NCBI GenBank assembly: GCA_964565345.1
Contig: CAZMEQ010000005.1
Location: forward strand, 275 to 64,274
Direction of reading: 5' to 3'
Length of the DNA: 64,000 nucleotides
Source of the DNA: an uncultured Gammaproteobacteria bacterium
Lineage (GTDB): Bacteria; Patescibacteriota; Patescibacteriia; UBA11705; JABHMO01
Both the position numbers and the translations under genes were made by a program. Under the pieces are notes generated by a model. That model searched no databases. It had not been told where the DNA came from and saw only the letters and a list, made by a program, of their open reading frames with translations. Below are positions 9,936-19,740 of this stretch, piece after piece; position 1 is the first letter of the stretch; every line of letters begins with the position of its first letter.

Positions 9936-11102
9936 ATGAAAATAGGTGTAATAAGTAATTTATACCCCCCATATCAAAGGGGCGGAGCAGAACGCATTGT
10001 TGGGCTTGGAGTTCAAGCATTAAAAGAAGCTGGCCATGATGTTTTTGTTATCTCCACAAAACCACAGGGGAGCCTAGATATTGCCGAAGAATTAACGCGC
10101 ACTTACCGGTTTAAACCAGTCAACATATTTTATTATCTAGATGACCATAAGCATAATATCCTTGTACGTTTTATTTGGAATATTTTTGATATCTTTAATA
10201 TATTCAGTGCCATCACCGTTGCCAAAATTTTAAGCCAAGAAAAACCGGATTTAATTATCACGCACAACTTAAAGGGGATAGGACTTAACCTGCCACTTGT
10301 AATAACGCATAAGAGAATAAAACACTACCACATTGCGCACGATATTCAACTAGTTAATCCGTCTGGATTATTGTTGTGGGGTAAAGAAGACTCTTTTTTT
10401 GAGACGGGGTGGATGGTCAAGATATATCAAGCACTACTTAGAAAATACTTTTCACATGTCGACAAAGTTTTTTTTCCTTCAATTTGGTTAAAAGAGTATT
10501 ATGAAAAATATTCCTTTTTCTCAAACTCTAATAAAATTATTTTGAGAAATCCTTGTCCAGATACAGACATTCCCCAAAAATCGAAAGAAACACGCCTGAA
10601 AACATTCTTATTTTTAGGCCAGATAGAAAAGCACAAAGGTATCCACTGGCTCTTAGATTTTTGGGTTAAAAACAAAATTCCTGCCAAGCTCTTGGTGGCC
10701 GGTAAAGGCAATTTTGATTTGGCTCCATATAGAGAAAAAGAAAACTTAGAAATTATTGGCTACGTTGACAGGGAACAAATTGTATCAATCTTTAAACGCT
10801 CCGATTTTTTAATTTTCCCATCGTTATGTTACGAAAATTCACCAACAGTACTAATTGAAGCCTTCCAATACGCAACACCAGTAATTGCAGCTAATATTGG
10901 TGGTACAACTGAGCTTGTGGTCCCGGGTATAAATGGTTACGTGTTTGATCCAGTCAATGAAAATCAATTATTACAACACATTAATACAGCCTTAAGCTTG
11001 TCAGACACAGAATACGCAACGATGAGTCAAAACGCTCTGGAAACAGTTAACGATCTAACATCAGAATTTTACATCGAAAATTTACTGGCAGGACTCAGTT
11101 GA
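9936..11102 (+). CDS. GT4 glycosyltransferase
   Basis: YPPYQRGGAE, HKG, PSLCYENSPTVLIEA. Confidence 0.9.
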   Translation: MKIGVISNLYPPYQRGGAERIVGLGVQALKEAGHDVFVISTKPQGSLDIAEELTRTYRFKPVNIFYYLDDHKHNILVRFIWNIFDIFNIFSAITVAKILSQEKPDLIITHNLKGIGLNLPLVITHKRIKHYHIAHDIQLVNPSGLLLWGKEDSFFETGWMVKIYQALLRKYFSHVDKVFFPSIWLKEYYEKYSFFSNSNKIILRNPCPDTDIPQKSKETRLKTFLFLGQIEKHKGIHWLLDFWVKNKIPAKLLVAGKGNFDLAPYREKENLEIIGYVDREQIVSIFKRSDFLIFPSLCYENSPTVLIEAFQYATPVIAANIGGTTELVVPGINGYVFDPVNENQLLQHINTALSLSDTEYATMSQNALETVNDLTSEFYIENLLAGLS

Positions 11103-11143
11103 TCAATACCTAAAAATGTGTTATTGTTTAAGCTGTATTTTGT

Positions 11144-11217
11144 GGGGGCGTAGTATAGTGGTAGTACAGGGGTCTCCAAAACCTCTAGCGTGGGTTCGAT
11201 TCCTACCGCCCCTGCCA
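11144..11217 (+). tRNA. trnW: tRNA-Trp (CCA)
   Basis: Acceptor GGGGGCG/CGCCCCT, anticodon loop CTCCAAA, T-loop GGTTCGATTCC, encoded CCA end. Confidence 0.95.
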
Positions 11218-11240
11218 GTTCCTATCGTGTGATGTAAATG

Positions 11241-11265
11241 AAAAGACTTTTAATGAGTCTTTTTT
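11241..11265 (+). terminator. Probable terminator after tRNA-Trp
   Basis: AAAAGACT...AGTCTTTT hairpin followed by a T run. Confidence 0.55.
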
Positions 11266-11314
11266 GTTTGCACAAGGCCAATCCCTGTGCTAAAATTCGA
11301 GTGAATTTATATCT

Positions 11315-11839
11315 ATGATTAATTTTAAAGAATGCATTCGCGAGATACCAAATTGGCCCAAAGAGGGCGTAAATTTTAAGGATATAACGCCGCTTCTTCA
11401 AAAGGCCGATGTTTTTAAAAGTTTAATTGATGAACTTGTTAAGCCATACGAAACTACGAAAATTGATAAAATCGTTGTAATCGATGCCCGCGGTTTTTTA
11501 TTAGGGACAGCTATGGCGTACAAATTAGGTTGCGGAGTTAGTTTAGTGCGTAAAAAGGGAAAATTACCTTACAAAACAATCGAAGAAAGCTACGAAAAAG
11601 AATATGGGCCAGACACACTGACCATGCATGCAGATGCTGTTACGCTAGGTGAAAAAGTTCTAATTGTCGATGATTTAATGGCCACGGGTGGGACTATGCA
11701 AGCGACCGTTAATATGGTAAAAAAGTTAGGCGGCGAAATTATGGGGATTAGCGTTATAGTTGATTTACCTTTTTTGGGAGGAAGTGAAAAATTCAAAAAA
11801 TATAATTTTAAAGCACTGGTTTCGTATCAATCAGAATAA
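11315..11839 (+). CDS. apt: Adenine phosphoribosyltransferase
   Basis: FKDITPLL, DARGF, RKKGKLP, VDDLMATGGT. Confidence 0.95.
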   Translation: MINFKECIREIPNWPKEGVNFKDITPLLQKADVFKSLIDELVKPYETTKIDKIVVIDARGFLLGTAMAYKLGCGVSLVRKKGKLPYKTIEESYEKEYGPDTLTMHADAVTLGEKVLIVDDLMATGGTMQATVNMVKKLGGEIMGISVIVDLPFLGGSEKFKKYNFKALVSYQSE

Positions 11840-11845
11840 ACCTTA

Positions 11846-11930
11846 TGTCATCCTGAACTCGTTTCAGGATCTCGATGATTGATCCTTTGTACCCTGCTTT
11901 TTGAGATTTTGAAATAAATTTAAAATGGCA
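11846..11930. repeat. Decayed REP-like inverted-repeat pair
   Basis: TGTCATCCTGAACTCGTTTCAGGATCTC (11846..11873) and an inverted copy at 11903..11930 matching 19/28, all differences transitions. Confidence 0.7.
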
Positions 11931-11942
11931 GTAAATAAATTT

Positions 11943-12674
11943 ATGAAAATAGGCGTAATTGGTGGCTCAGGAATGGACAATCCTCAAATTCTAGAAGACT
12001 ATAAAGAACATCTGTGGGAAACTCCATTTGGAGCACCGTCAGACAAATTGATATCAGGGTCTTTGGTCGGTAGGGAAGTTGTTATTTTGGCTCGGCACGG
12101 CAAGAATCACACCATTATGCCAACCAAGGTTCCTTATAGGGCAAATATCTGGGCGTTGAAAGAAATTGGCTGCACCCACATTTTAGCCACGACCGCTTGC
12201 GGTTCCTTAAAAGATGAATTTAAACCTAGCGATTTCGTATTTTTAGATCAATTTATTGATTTTACTAAACACCGCAATTTAACCTTTTACGATGATAAAG
12301 TTATTCACACACCAATGGCCGAACCTTTCGATTCAAACTTAAGGAAAAGCCTTGTCCGGTCAGCACAACAATTAAATTATTCTTTTCATGAGAAGGGAAC
12401 TGTTATTACCATCGAAGGTCCACGCTTTTCATCTAAAGCTGAAAGCAATCTATTTAGATCCTGGGGAGTAGATGTGATAAACATGTCTACGGTCCCAGAA
12501 GTCATCTTGGCTAATGAACTTGGCATTCCTTACCAGTCAATAGCCATGGTAACAGACTATGATTGCTGGAAAGAAGGTGAGGCAAGTGTTACGATTGATC
12601 TTGTTTTTGAACGAATGAAAAGCAATGCTAATAGAGTTACAAAATTACTTATCGAAACAATAAAAAATTTATGA
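11943..12674 (+). CDS. mtaP: 5'-methylthioadenosine phosphorylase
   Basis: IGVIGGSG, LARHG, YRANIWALK, IEGPRFS, VTDYDCW; start set at MKIG. Confidence 0.9.
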   Translation: MKIGVIGGSGMDNPQILEDYKEHLWETPFGAPSDKLISGSLVGREVVILARHGKNHTIMPTKVPYRANIWALKEIGCTHILATTACGSLKDEFKPSDFVFLDQFIDFTKHRNLTFYDDKVIHTPMAEPFDSNLRKSLVRSAQQLNYSFHEKGTVITIEGPRFSSKAESNLFRSWGVDVINMSTVPEVILANELGIPYQSIAMVTDYDCWKEGEASVTIDLVFERMKSNANRVTKLLIETIKNL

Positions 12675-13966
12675 AAATCTTGATAATTGGTACTGGCTAT
12701 GTCGGGTTGGTGAGTGGAACGTGCTTTGCGAATCTGGGTCATGAAATTGTTTGCGTAGACAATAACCCCGAAAAAATAAATAAACTAAATAACGGACAGG
12801 TCCCTTTTTTTGAACCAGGGCTAGAGGATCTGATTATAAAAAATAAACAAGCAGGAAGGTTACAATTTAAAAACACAATTACCGAAGATTTAAATAATTC
12901 AGATGCCGTGTTTATTGCCGTTGGAACTCCCCCCAAAGAAAATGGTCACGCAAATTTACAATATGTTTTCAATGTCGCCCAAGAAATAGGCCGTAATCTA
13001 AAAAACTATACTGTTATCGTGACCAAGAGTACAGTTCCGATCGGTACTTCAAAAAAGGTAAAGCGCATTATTCAACAAAACTACTCAGGTGAATTTGATG
13101 TGGCTTCCTGCCCAGAATTTTTAAGAGAGGGCTCTGCTATAAATGATTTCTCTAAACCAGATCGCATAGTTTATGGCACAGAAACTGAAAAGGCTAAACT
13201 TATATTACGCCAAGTGCACGAAAAACTTATTTGTCCCAAAATTGAAACTGATATTGCTTCTTCGGAGTTAATTAAGTATGCTTCAAACTCATTTTTAGCC
13301 ACAAAAATATCGTTTATTAACGAAATTGCCAATGTCTGTGAAAGTGTGGGCGCAAATATCGATACAGTCGCCGAAGGCATGGGGCTAGATTCACGTATTG
13401 GCCCCAAATTTTTAAAAGCCGGATTGGGTTATGGTGGAAGCTGCTTTCCCAAAGACGTCCGCGCACTTCAAAGTTTGTCTGGAGAAAATGGCTACCAGTT
13501 CCAGTTATTAAAATCTGTAATCGATGTTAATAACTATCAACGATGGCGCTTTTTCCATAAAATTAAAGCTGAGATAGGTGATTTAAATGGTAAAATTATT
13601 AGCCTTTGGGGCTTAGCATTCAAAGCCCAGACTGATGATATTCGAGAATCAATCGCATTAGATCTAGCTGAAAAGCTCCTGGAGGAAGGTGCCCATATTC
13701 AAGTTTATGACCCCCAGGCAACCGAAAATGCAAAGCTGGTTCTTGGTTATAAACCACAATATTGTCAGTCGGCCCTAGATGCCTGCAAAGCAGCGGATGC
13801 CTTGGTTATTGTGACTGAATGGTCCGAATTCATAGATATAAACCTCGATCAAGTAGCGTTAGTTATGCGTAATAAAAAAATATTTGATGGTCGTAATTTG
13901 CTAAACAAACAAAGTGTTGAAGAAAAAGGCTTTAAATATTTTTCAGTAGGTCGAGAATCAACATAA
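12671..13966 (+). CDS. ugd: UDP-glucose 6-dehydrogenase
   Basis: IGTGYVG, PEFLREG, GYGGSCFPKD, GLAFK. Confidence 0.92.
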   Translation: MKILIIGTGYVGLVSGTCFANLGHEIVCVDNNPEKINKLNNGQVPFFEPGLEDLIIKNKQAGRLQFKNTITEDLNNSDAVFIAVGTPPKENGHANLQYVFNVAQEIGRNLKNYTVIVTKSTVPIGTSKKVKRIIQQNYSGEFDVASCPEFLREGSAINDFSKPDRIVYGTETEKAKLILRQVHEKLICPKIETDIASSELIKYASNSFLATKISFINEIANVCESVGANIDTVAEGMGLDSRIGPKFLKAGLGYGGSCFPKDVRALQSLSGENGYQFQLLKSVIDVNNYQRWRFFHKIKAEIGDLNGKIISLWGLAFKAQTDDIRESIALDLAEKLLEEGAHIQVYDPQATENAKLVLGYKPQYCQSALDACKAADALVIVTEWSEFIDINLDQVALVMRNKKIFDGRNLLNKQSVEEKGFKYFSVGREST

Positions 13967-13978
13967 ATCACTAAAAGT

Positions 13979-14134
13979 ATGAATACAAAAAAATGTATAG
14001 TTTGTGAAAAAAATCTAGCTACTGATTTTTTAGAAAAGCATGAAGTTCAATTTTGTTCAGAAGCATGTTTAAAAATTTACGAGGAAAAATTAAAAAAACT
14101 TAGTGAAGTTGTCAATTGGGAAAACTGCTGTTAA
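13979..14134 (+). CDS. 51-aa TRASH/YHS-like metal-binding protein (not in ORF track)
   Basis: Hand translation MNTKKCIVCEKNLATDFLEKHEVQFCSEACLKIYEEKLKKLSEVVNWENCC; fills the gap between ugd and the redoxin. Confidence 0.75.
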   Translation: MNTKKCIVCEKNLATDFLEKHEVQFCSEACLKIYEEKLKKLSEVVNWENCC

Positions 14135-14136
14135 AT

Positions 14137-14574
14137 ATGTTCCGTTTTAAATTATTCCAAAACACCGGCTCAGAATTAGATTTAACTGACTACTTGGGTG
14201 GCAAAAAGCTGATTCTTGTTTTTTTTCGTGGCGCCTGGTGTAATTTTTGTAAAACCCAATTGAAAGAAATACAAGATAATCTTGCTAGAATTAACACGCT
14301 CAACGCCAAGGTTATTGCCTTGTCTGGTGATAATAATTTTAACTCAAGTCTTTTAAAAGAATTTCTAAAATTAGATTTCCCAGTTTTGTCTGACTCTGCG
14401 TTTAGTGTTATCAATTTATTTGACTTAAGCACAACCTACAAAGAAAAAACCGTTTCTAAACCAGCAGTAATAATTTTTGATCCTAATGGCCAAGAACTGT
14501 TTAAACACGTCGGCTTAAACTATGATGATAGACTATCTACTGAAGAACTTTTAACAACATTGAAATCATTATAG
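14137..14574 (+). CDS. AhpC/TSA-family peroxiredoxin-like redoxin
   Basis: FFRGAWCNFC, FPVLSD; ATG 2 nt after the small ORF stop. Confidence 0.8.
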   Translation: MFRFKLFQNTGSELDLTDYLGGKKLILVFFRGAWCNFCKTQLKEIQDNLARINTLNAKVIALSGDNNFNSSLLKEFLKLDFPVLSDSAFSVINLFDLSTTYKEKTVSKPAVIIFDPNGQELFKHVGLNYDDRLSTEELLTTLKSL

Positions 14575-14575
14575 T

Positions 14576-15589
14576 ATGAAGTTAAGTTCGTTCAATTACA
14601 AATTACCATCAAGTTTAATTGCCCAAAAACCGGCCAATCCGCGCGATCACGCACGTCTTTTAATTTACGATAAAAAGACACAAAAAACTGAACATAAACA
14701 TTTTTATGATTTACCTCAATATTTAGGGCCAGATGATGTTTTGGTTTTTAATGACACCAAGGTTAGGCCAGCCCGTCTTATAGGTAAAAAAATTACGGGA
14801 GGGAAGGCCGAAGTTTTACTGCTAGAGCAAGAAGGCAAGTTTTGGGAGGTCCTATTAGGCACTAGAAACCCGCAAATAGGCCTAAAATTGCGTTTTCAAG
14901 GGGGACTCGAAGCAAAACTTATAAATAAATGTCCAGGTAAAAGCTGGCTAATAGAGTTCAATTTAAAGGGGCAAAAATTCAATACAATTTTATCTAAATT
15001 TGGTCAAATGCCACTTCCACCATATATTCACTCGAAAGCGCAGCAAAAAACCCTACAAAAACAATACCAAACAATTTACGCTCAAAAGGTTGGCTCTGCC
15101 GCTGCTCCGACCGCAGGCTTACATTTTACAAAAACACTCTTAAAAAAAATTGCACGGAAAGGTTGCCAGATTGAATATGTAACACTTCATGTCGGTCTTG
15201 GAACTTTTGATCCTGTTAACACTGAAAAAATTGAGGATTATCAAATTCATTCAGAAAAAATAAGCGTGAATTCGAATACAATAAAGCGACTACAAAAGGC
15301 AAAGTCCGTTGGTAAAAGAATAATCGCAGTTGGGACAACCAGCGTTAGAACGTTAGAAACAATATTTTCGAACAAGAAAATTCCTGATACCACTCAAATT
15401 TATATTTATCCTGGCTACAAATTTAAATTTGTTGATGCAATAATTACAAACTTTCACTTACCCAAATCAAGTCTTATAATGCTAATAGCGGCCTTCATCG
15501 GCCGAAAAACAACCCTTCAAATATACAATAAAGCAATAAAATTAAAGTACAAATTTTTTAGTTTTGGGGACGCCTGTTTTTTAAAGTAA
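14576..15589 (+). CDS. queA: S-adenosylmethionine:tRNA ribosyltransferase-isomerase
   Basis: PLPPYI, AAPTAGLHF, TLHVGLGTF, TNFHLPKS, SFGDA. Confidence 0.95.
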   Translation: MKLSSFNYKLPSSLIAQKPANPRDHARLLIYDKKTQKTEHKHFYDLPQYLGPDDVLVFNDTKVRPARLIGKKITGGKAEVLLLEQEGKFWEVLLGTRNPQIGLKLRFQGGLEAKLINKCPGKSWLIEFNLKGQKFNTILSKFGQMPLPPYIHSKAQQKTLQKQYQTIYAQKVGSAAAPTAGLHFTKTLLKKIARKGCQIEYVTLHVGLGTFDPVNTEKIEDYQIHSEKISVNSNTIKRLQKAKSVGKRIIAVGTTSVRTLETIFSNKKIPDTTQIYIYPGYKFKFVDAIITNFHLPKSSLIMLIAAFIGRKTTLQIYNKAIKLKYKFFSFGDACFLK

Positions 15590-15600
15590 AAGTTATTCAC

Positions 15601-15639
15601 AAACCAACCCTTGACAGGATTGGTTTTTTATTATATGCT
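15601..15639 (+). promoter_or_regulatory. Sigma70 promoter of GC islet 1, overlapping a hairpin after queA
   Basis: TTGACA 15611..15616, N17, TATGCT 15634..15639; -35 lies within the AAACCAA/TTGGTTT hairpin. Confidence 0.75.
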
Positions 15640-15672
15640 TTTGCAGCTTAACATAGCCGGAGAGGGAATTTA

Positions 15673-16011
15673 ATGATCCTGTTTGTCGATGATACTCCAG
15701 ACATCCTGCAATTGTACGGTGCCCTTGCTCATGGGCTTAAACACCGAAAGGAGTCTTGTCCCAAGGAAGCTCTGTCACACCTCCAAAGCAACCCCGCTAG
15801 AGTAATCGTCACAGATTACCAAATGCCTGGAATGAGTGGCAAGCAGTTTATCGCTGCTGCTCGCAACTATTGTCCAAACGCCAGATACATCATGGTCACA
15901 GGGACTCCGCCTGATCACTTTGCCGACAACGAGCGCCCCGATGAGCTCATTACCAAGCCCTTTGATGTACTCGCCCTACGCTCCAAGCTTAAGGCACTAG
16001 TCTCTCACTAG
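15673..16011 (+). CDS. Stand-alone CheY-like receiver domain (GC islet 1)
   Basis: ILFVDD, TDYQMPGMSG, VTG, ITKPF; sample line 53% GC. Confidence 0.88.
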   Translation: MILFVDDTPDILQLYGALAHGLKHRKESCPKEALSHLQSNPARVIVTDYQMPGMSGKQFIAAARNYCPNARYIMVTGTPPDHFADNERPDELITKPFDVLALRSKLKALVSH

Positions 16012-16021
16012 CCGACAAGCG

Positions 16022-16053
16022 GCACGTTAGTCCACGACTCACGTGCTTTTTTT
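16022..16053 (+). terminator. Intrinsic terminator of islet 1
   Basis: GCACGT.AGTC-cac-GACT.ACGTGC then T7. Confidence 0.8.
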
Positions 16054-16115
16054 ATTTAGTAAAAATGTTATAATAATTTTATCCTCTTATGTTATTTTAG
16101 ATTAAATCCAGTTAT

Positions 16116-17111
16116 ATGGCTCAATTATCACTAATCGAAGAAGTCGTAAAAAATAAAAAAAACTCAAATATGAAAGAAAAACGCATTAAAGATTTACTGG
16201 CCGGAGATCAGGTTGCCAACTTTTTGGCCGTCGTTAAAGAAGTAAAAAAAGGCAAAACGTCACAGAATAAAGACTATATTGATTTAGTCTTAGGCGATAG
16301 TAGTGGCGAAGTTATAGGTAAAATTTGGGAAGACAACATCGGTAATTGCGATAGTTTTGAAGTTGGTCAAATAATTAAACTCGGCGGTAAGGTAAACCTT
16401 TTTAAAGACAAATTGCAAATTATAATTACCTATTTACAAAAAGACGACTTCGCTAATAATGCTGAATTTTTACCAACATCCGAGCAAAACATTGATGCTT
16501 TGTTAACAAACATACTACGACATATAGCAGAAATAAAAAATATACATCTTAAAAAATTAGCTCAGATATTCTTTAAAGATAAAAATTTTTTGGAACGCTT
16601 CAAAAATGCTCCGGCTGCCGAAAAACTCCACCACGCCTACGTTGGCGGCTTTGTAGAACATGTGAGCGAAATGCTTGATTTAGCAGAGTTGCTTTGTCAA
16701 AAATACCCACGTATAAACAACGATTTACTCAAAATAGGCGTTATTTTCCATGATATAGGCAAACTCGAAGAGCTGGCTCTAAGTAGCGCTATTTATCGCA
16801 CTACCGTTGGTGCATTGGTTGGGCATCTTTTACTTGGAGCCATAACCATAGATAAAGCCATAGACTCTATAAAAGACTTTCCAGAAATACTTAGGACAAA
16901 GGTTTTGCATTTAATAGCAAGTCATCACGGGAAAATTGAATATGGGAGCCCTATTTTACCGCAAACAAGAGAAGCAGTCGCACTTTGTCATCTCGATGAT
17001 CTTTCCACTAAGGTCAACGTTGCGGACAAAGTCATAAACGATAACCAGAATCCTGATGCAGATTTTTCGGATCGTGTTTTCGCGCTTGATACCAAGTTAT
17101 ATTTAAAATAA
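16116..17111 (+). CDS. yhaM: YhaM-like 3'-5' exoribonuclease (OB fold + HD)
   Basis: N-terminal OB fold, HHAYVGG, FHDIGK, SHHG; start may be 16170. Confidence 0.85.
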   Translation: MAQLSLIEEVVKNKKNSNMKEKRIKDLLAGDQVANFLAVVKEVKKGKTSQNKDYIDLVLGDSSGEVIGKIWEDNIGNCDSFEVGQIIKLGGKVNLFKDKLQIIITYLQKDDFANNAEFLPTSEQNIDALLTNILRHIAEIKNIHLKKLAQIFFKDKNFLERFKNAPAAEKLHHAYVGGFVEHVSEMLDLAELLCQKYPRINNDLLKIGVIFHDIGKLEELALSSAIYRTTVGALVGHLLLGAITIDKAIDSIKDFPEILRTKVLHLIASHHGKIEYGSPILPQTREAVALCHLDDLSTKVNVADKVINDNQNPDADFSDRVFALDTKLYLK

Positions 17112-17113
17112 AT

Positions 17114-18322
17114 ATGTTATCATCAAACGAAAAAATAAACCTGGTCATGTTTAATATGTCTTCCTACTTTGATTGGGAGCATGGAATTATAAATAGAAAC
17201 TTTAATATCTTACAAGCGTTAGCCAGAGAAGAAAAGATTGAAAAAATAGTCGCTGTTGATTTTTTGCCAATAGGTCTCAAAAAAACTGTATCCCATTTTG
17301 TTAAAAATATCCTTTTAGAGAAAAAAAGCTCTGAGATGATTTACGGAGACTTAACTAGCGCCTGTTGGCAAAAAACGGACAAAATTTATATTTATAGCAC
17401 TATTGATTCATTCTTTTCACACAAAACAGTAGCGCGAGAACTAAAAAGGATAGAGAAAATTCTAAACTTAAAAAACATCGTCTTTTGGTCATATAATCCG
17501 CTTTTTACTGATTTCGTCGGCAAACTGAATGAACACTTATTTGTTTTTGATGCCGTCGATAATTGGTCCGAGCATCCAAGCTACACAAAGCTTGTCAAAA
17601 AAAATAAAATTATTGCAAATTATAAATTTATTGCCGAAAAAGCGAGTGTTATTTTTACTGTTTCAGAAAGCATGAAAAGTCTATTCAATGATTTTGGAAG
17701 GACCGGTGATGTTTATTGGGTTCCCAATGGAGTTGATTATGATCACTTTAATAACCCCAATTTAACTGACAAAGCAAATGAATTAGATGCTGTTACTAAA
17801 CCAATAATAGGCTATTTAGGTACAATAGAAGAACGAGTTGACTTTGATTTATTAGCACAAATTGCAATACACAACCCAGATAAAGAGTTAGTTCTTTGTG
17901 GACCAATTTGGCCATCGGTAAAATCCGAAATCGAACAAAAACTTCATCAACATAAAAATGTTCGCTTCTTAGGACGGGTAAACTACGAAATGGCGCCAAG
18001 CTACTTACATAGCTTTGATGTCGCTATTATCCCGCACAAACTAACGCATTTTGTTAATTCTATGAACCCTATGAAACTTTACGACTATTTAGCCTGCGGG
18101 CTACCAATTGTTACCACAAATGGGGCAGGGGTTGATGTTTTTAAGAATCATATATATATCGCTCAAAATACCGAGGGTTTCCTCGCTTCGATAAACAAAG
18201 CCTTGAGTGAAGACGAATCCAAAAAACAATTAGAGCGCCAAATTGCAGTTAAATCTCACACTTGGCAAAAGCGAGCTGATGTAATGACGAAAATTATTTA
18301 CGATAAACTCTTTCACTCATGA
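17114..18322 (+). CDS. GT4 glycosyltransferase (TuaH-like)
   Basis: FDAVDNW, VPNGVD, PMKLYDYLACGLPIV. Confidence 0.85.
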   Translation: MLSSNEKINLVMFNMSSYFDWEHGIINRNFNILQALAREEKIEKIVAVDFLPIGLKKTVSHFVKNILLEKKSSEMIYGDLTSACWQKTDKIYIYSTIDSFFSHKTVARELKRIEKILNLKNIVFWSYNPLFTDFVGKLNEHLFVFDAVDNWSEHPSYTKLVKKNKIIANYKFIAEKASVIFTVSESMKSLFNDFGRTGDVYWVPNGVDYDHFNNPNLTDKANELDAVTKPIIGYLGTIEERVDFDLLAQIAIHNPDKELVLCGPIWPSVKSEIEQKLHQHKNVRFLGRVNYEMAPSYLHSFDVAIIPHKLTHFVNSMNPMKLYDYLACGLPIVTTNGAGVDVFKNHIYIAQNTEGFLASINKALSEDESKKQLERQIAVKSHTWQKRADVMTKIIYDKLFHS

Positions 18323-19284
18323 ATACCGCAATACAACAAGCCTATAATTTTGTAACGAAAATTCAAGAACTCAATTCTAAAGTTCGTGATAATATTGACG
18401 TTTCAATTATTACTGTTAACTGGAATGTTAAAGAAATTATTACTCAAATGATACGTTCGATTCTTGCGCACACACACAACATTATATTTGAAGTAATTAT
18501 TATAGACAACAATTCTACTGATGGTTCAGTCGAATATCTAAAACAAAACTTTCGACAAGAAATAAACAAAAAACAAATCGTATTAGTTGCTAATAATTAC
18601 AACACTGGCTTCGCTAAGGCTAATAATCAGGGACTCCAAATTGCCAAGGGGGATTATGTTTTTTTTATGAATCCAGACATGGAGATAAAAGAAAATGTTA
18701 TTTTAAAACTACGTGACTTTTTTCAATCGAAAAAAGATATTGGTATTGCAACCTGCAGACTACTGTATGCAGATAAGAGCATCCAGCCCAGCGTCAAACT
18801 CCTACCGAACATTTGCAGCCAGATTATAATTTTATTAAAGATGCATCATTTTTTTAATTGGCTACCCTGCATAAAACAATACTTAATGAAAGACTTTGAT
18901 TATTTGTCCGAAAAATCAGTCGAACAAGCCATGGGTGCTTGCATTTTTACACGTACCGATGTCATAAAAAAGCTCGGCGGCTGGAATGAACAATACTGGC
19001 TCTGGTGGGAAGACGTTGAATTGTGTAAAACATTTTTAGACAATGGCTACAAAATCCTCTTTACTCCGCTCACCGAAATCATACACTACGAAGGAAAAAG
19101 TTTTGAACAAACATTCGGACTCAAAAAACAAAAACGCTTTAATCGCGGGCTACTACTTTACTTCAAAAGACATAAACCCAAATATCAATATTATATATTA
19201 TATCTACTGCAGCCACTCAGTTGGGCTTTAACTATAATGACCCAATTATTAAAAATTAAAGCCAGACCGCAATCTCGAGTCTAA
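18319..19284 (+). CDS. GT2 glycosyltransferase (rhamnosyltransferase-like)
   Basis: IDNNSTDGS, GFAKANN, NPD, WEDVELC. Confidence 0.85.
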   Translation: MNTAIQQAYNFVTKIQELNSKVRDNIDVSIITVNWNVKEIITQMIRSILAHTHNIIFEVIIIDNNSTDGSVEYLKQNFRQEINKKQIVLVANNYNTGFAKANNQGLQIAKGDYVFFMNPDMEIKENVILKLRDFFQSKKDIGIATCRLLYADKSIQPSVKLLPNICSQIIILLKMHHFFNWLPCIKQYLMKDFDYLSEKSVEQAMGACIFTRTDVIKKLGGWNEQYWLWWEDVELCKTFLDNGYKILFTPLTEIIHYEGKSFEQTFGLKKQKRFNRGLLLYFKRHKPKYQYYILYLLQPLSWALTIMTQLLKIKARPQSRV

Positions 19285-19287
19285 AAT

Positions 19288-19740
19288 ATGTTAATAGTAA
19301 GACGAAACTACAGGATAGCTCCCTATGTAGAACTATCAAAACCAGTCGAAAACATCGACCGACTTATTGATCATATCCAAGATTATATAATCGAAAAATC
19401 AAGACAATCTCTTTATCAAGATGAATTAGTACGTATTTTGCATTTAAGTGGCTTAGCAGAATATCATCATACAGAACTTGCTAACTATTTGAACCGCCAG
19501 CTAAAAAAGAACTTTACCTTCAAAAAAGAGGCAGGCGAATTTTCTTGTTTACCAGTAAAGCACTGGTGGTTAACAATGGGAGATTTAATTGTTGACATAA
19601 CAATAAAACAATTTAAAAATAAACCGCACTTACTACCATCATATTTACAAACAATTGCTGAAGCCGATTGCTATATATCAAATGACCCCCAAAGCATTAT
19701 CTATAAACTTTATAAAAAAAGCGATGGTACCGGATATTAA
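19288..19740 (+). CDS. Hypothetical protein
   Basis: 150-aa ORF in operon; HWW...IVDITIKQF motif. Confidence 0.6.
   Translation: MLIVRRNYRIAPYVELSKPVENIDRLIDHIQDYIIEKSRQSLYQDELVRILHLSGLAEYHHTELANYLNRQLKKNFTFKKEAGEFSCLPVKHWWLTMGDLIVDITIKQFKNKPHLLPSYLQTIAEADCYISNDPQSIIYKLYKKSDGTGY

Noticed and set aside
11144-11217. Alternative genetic code (TGA recoding)
   Set aside because: Conserved genes are full length under code 11 and several end in TGA
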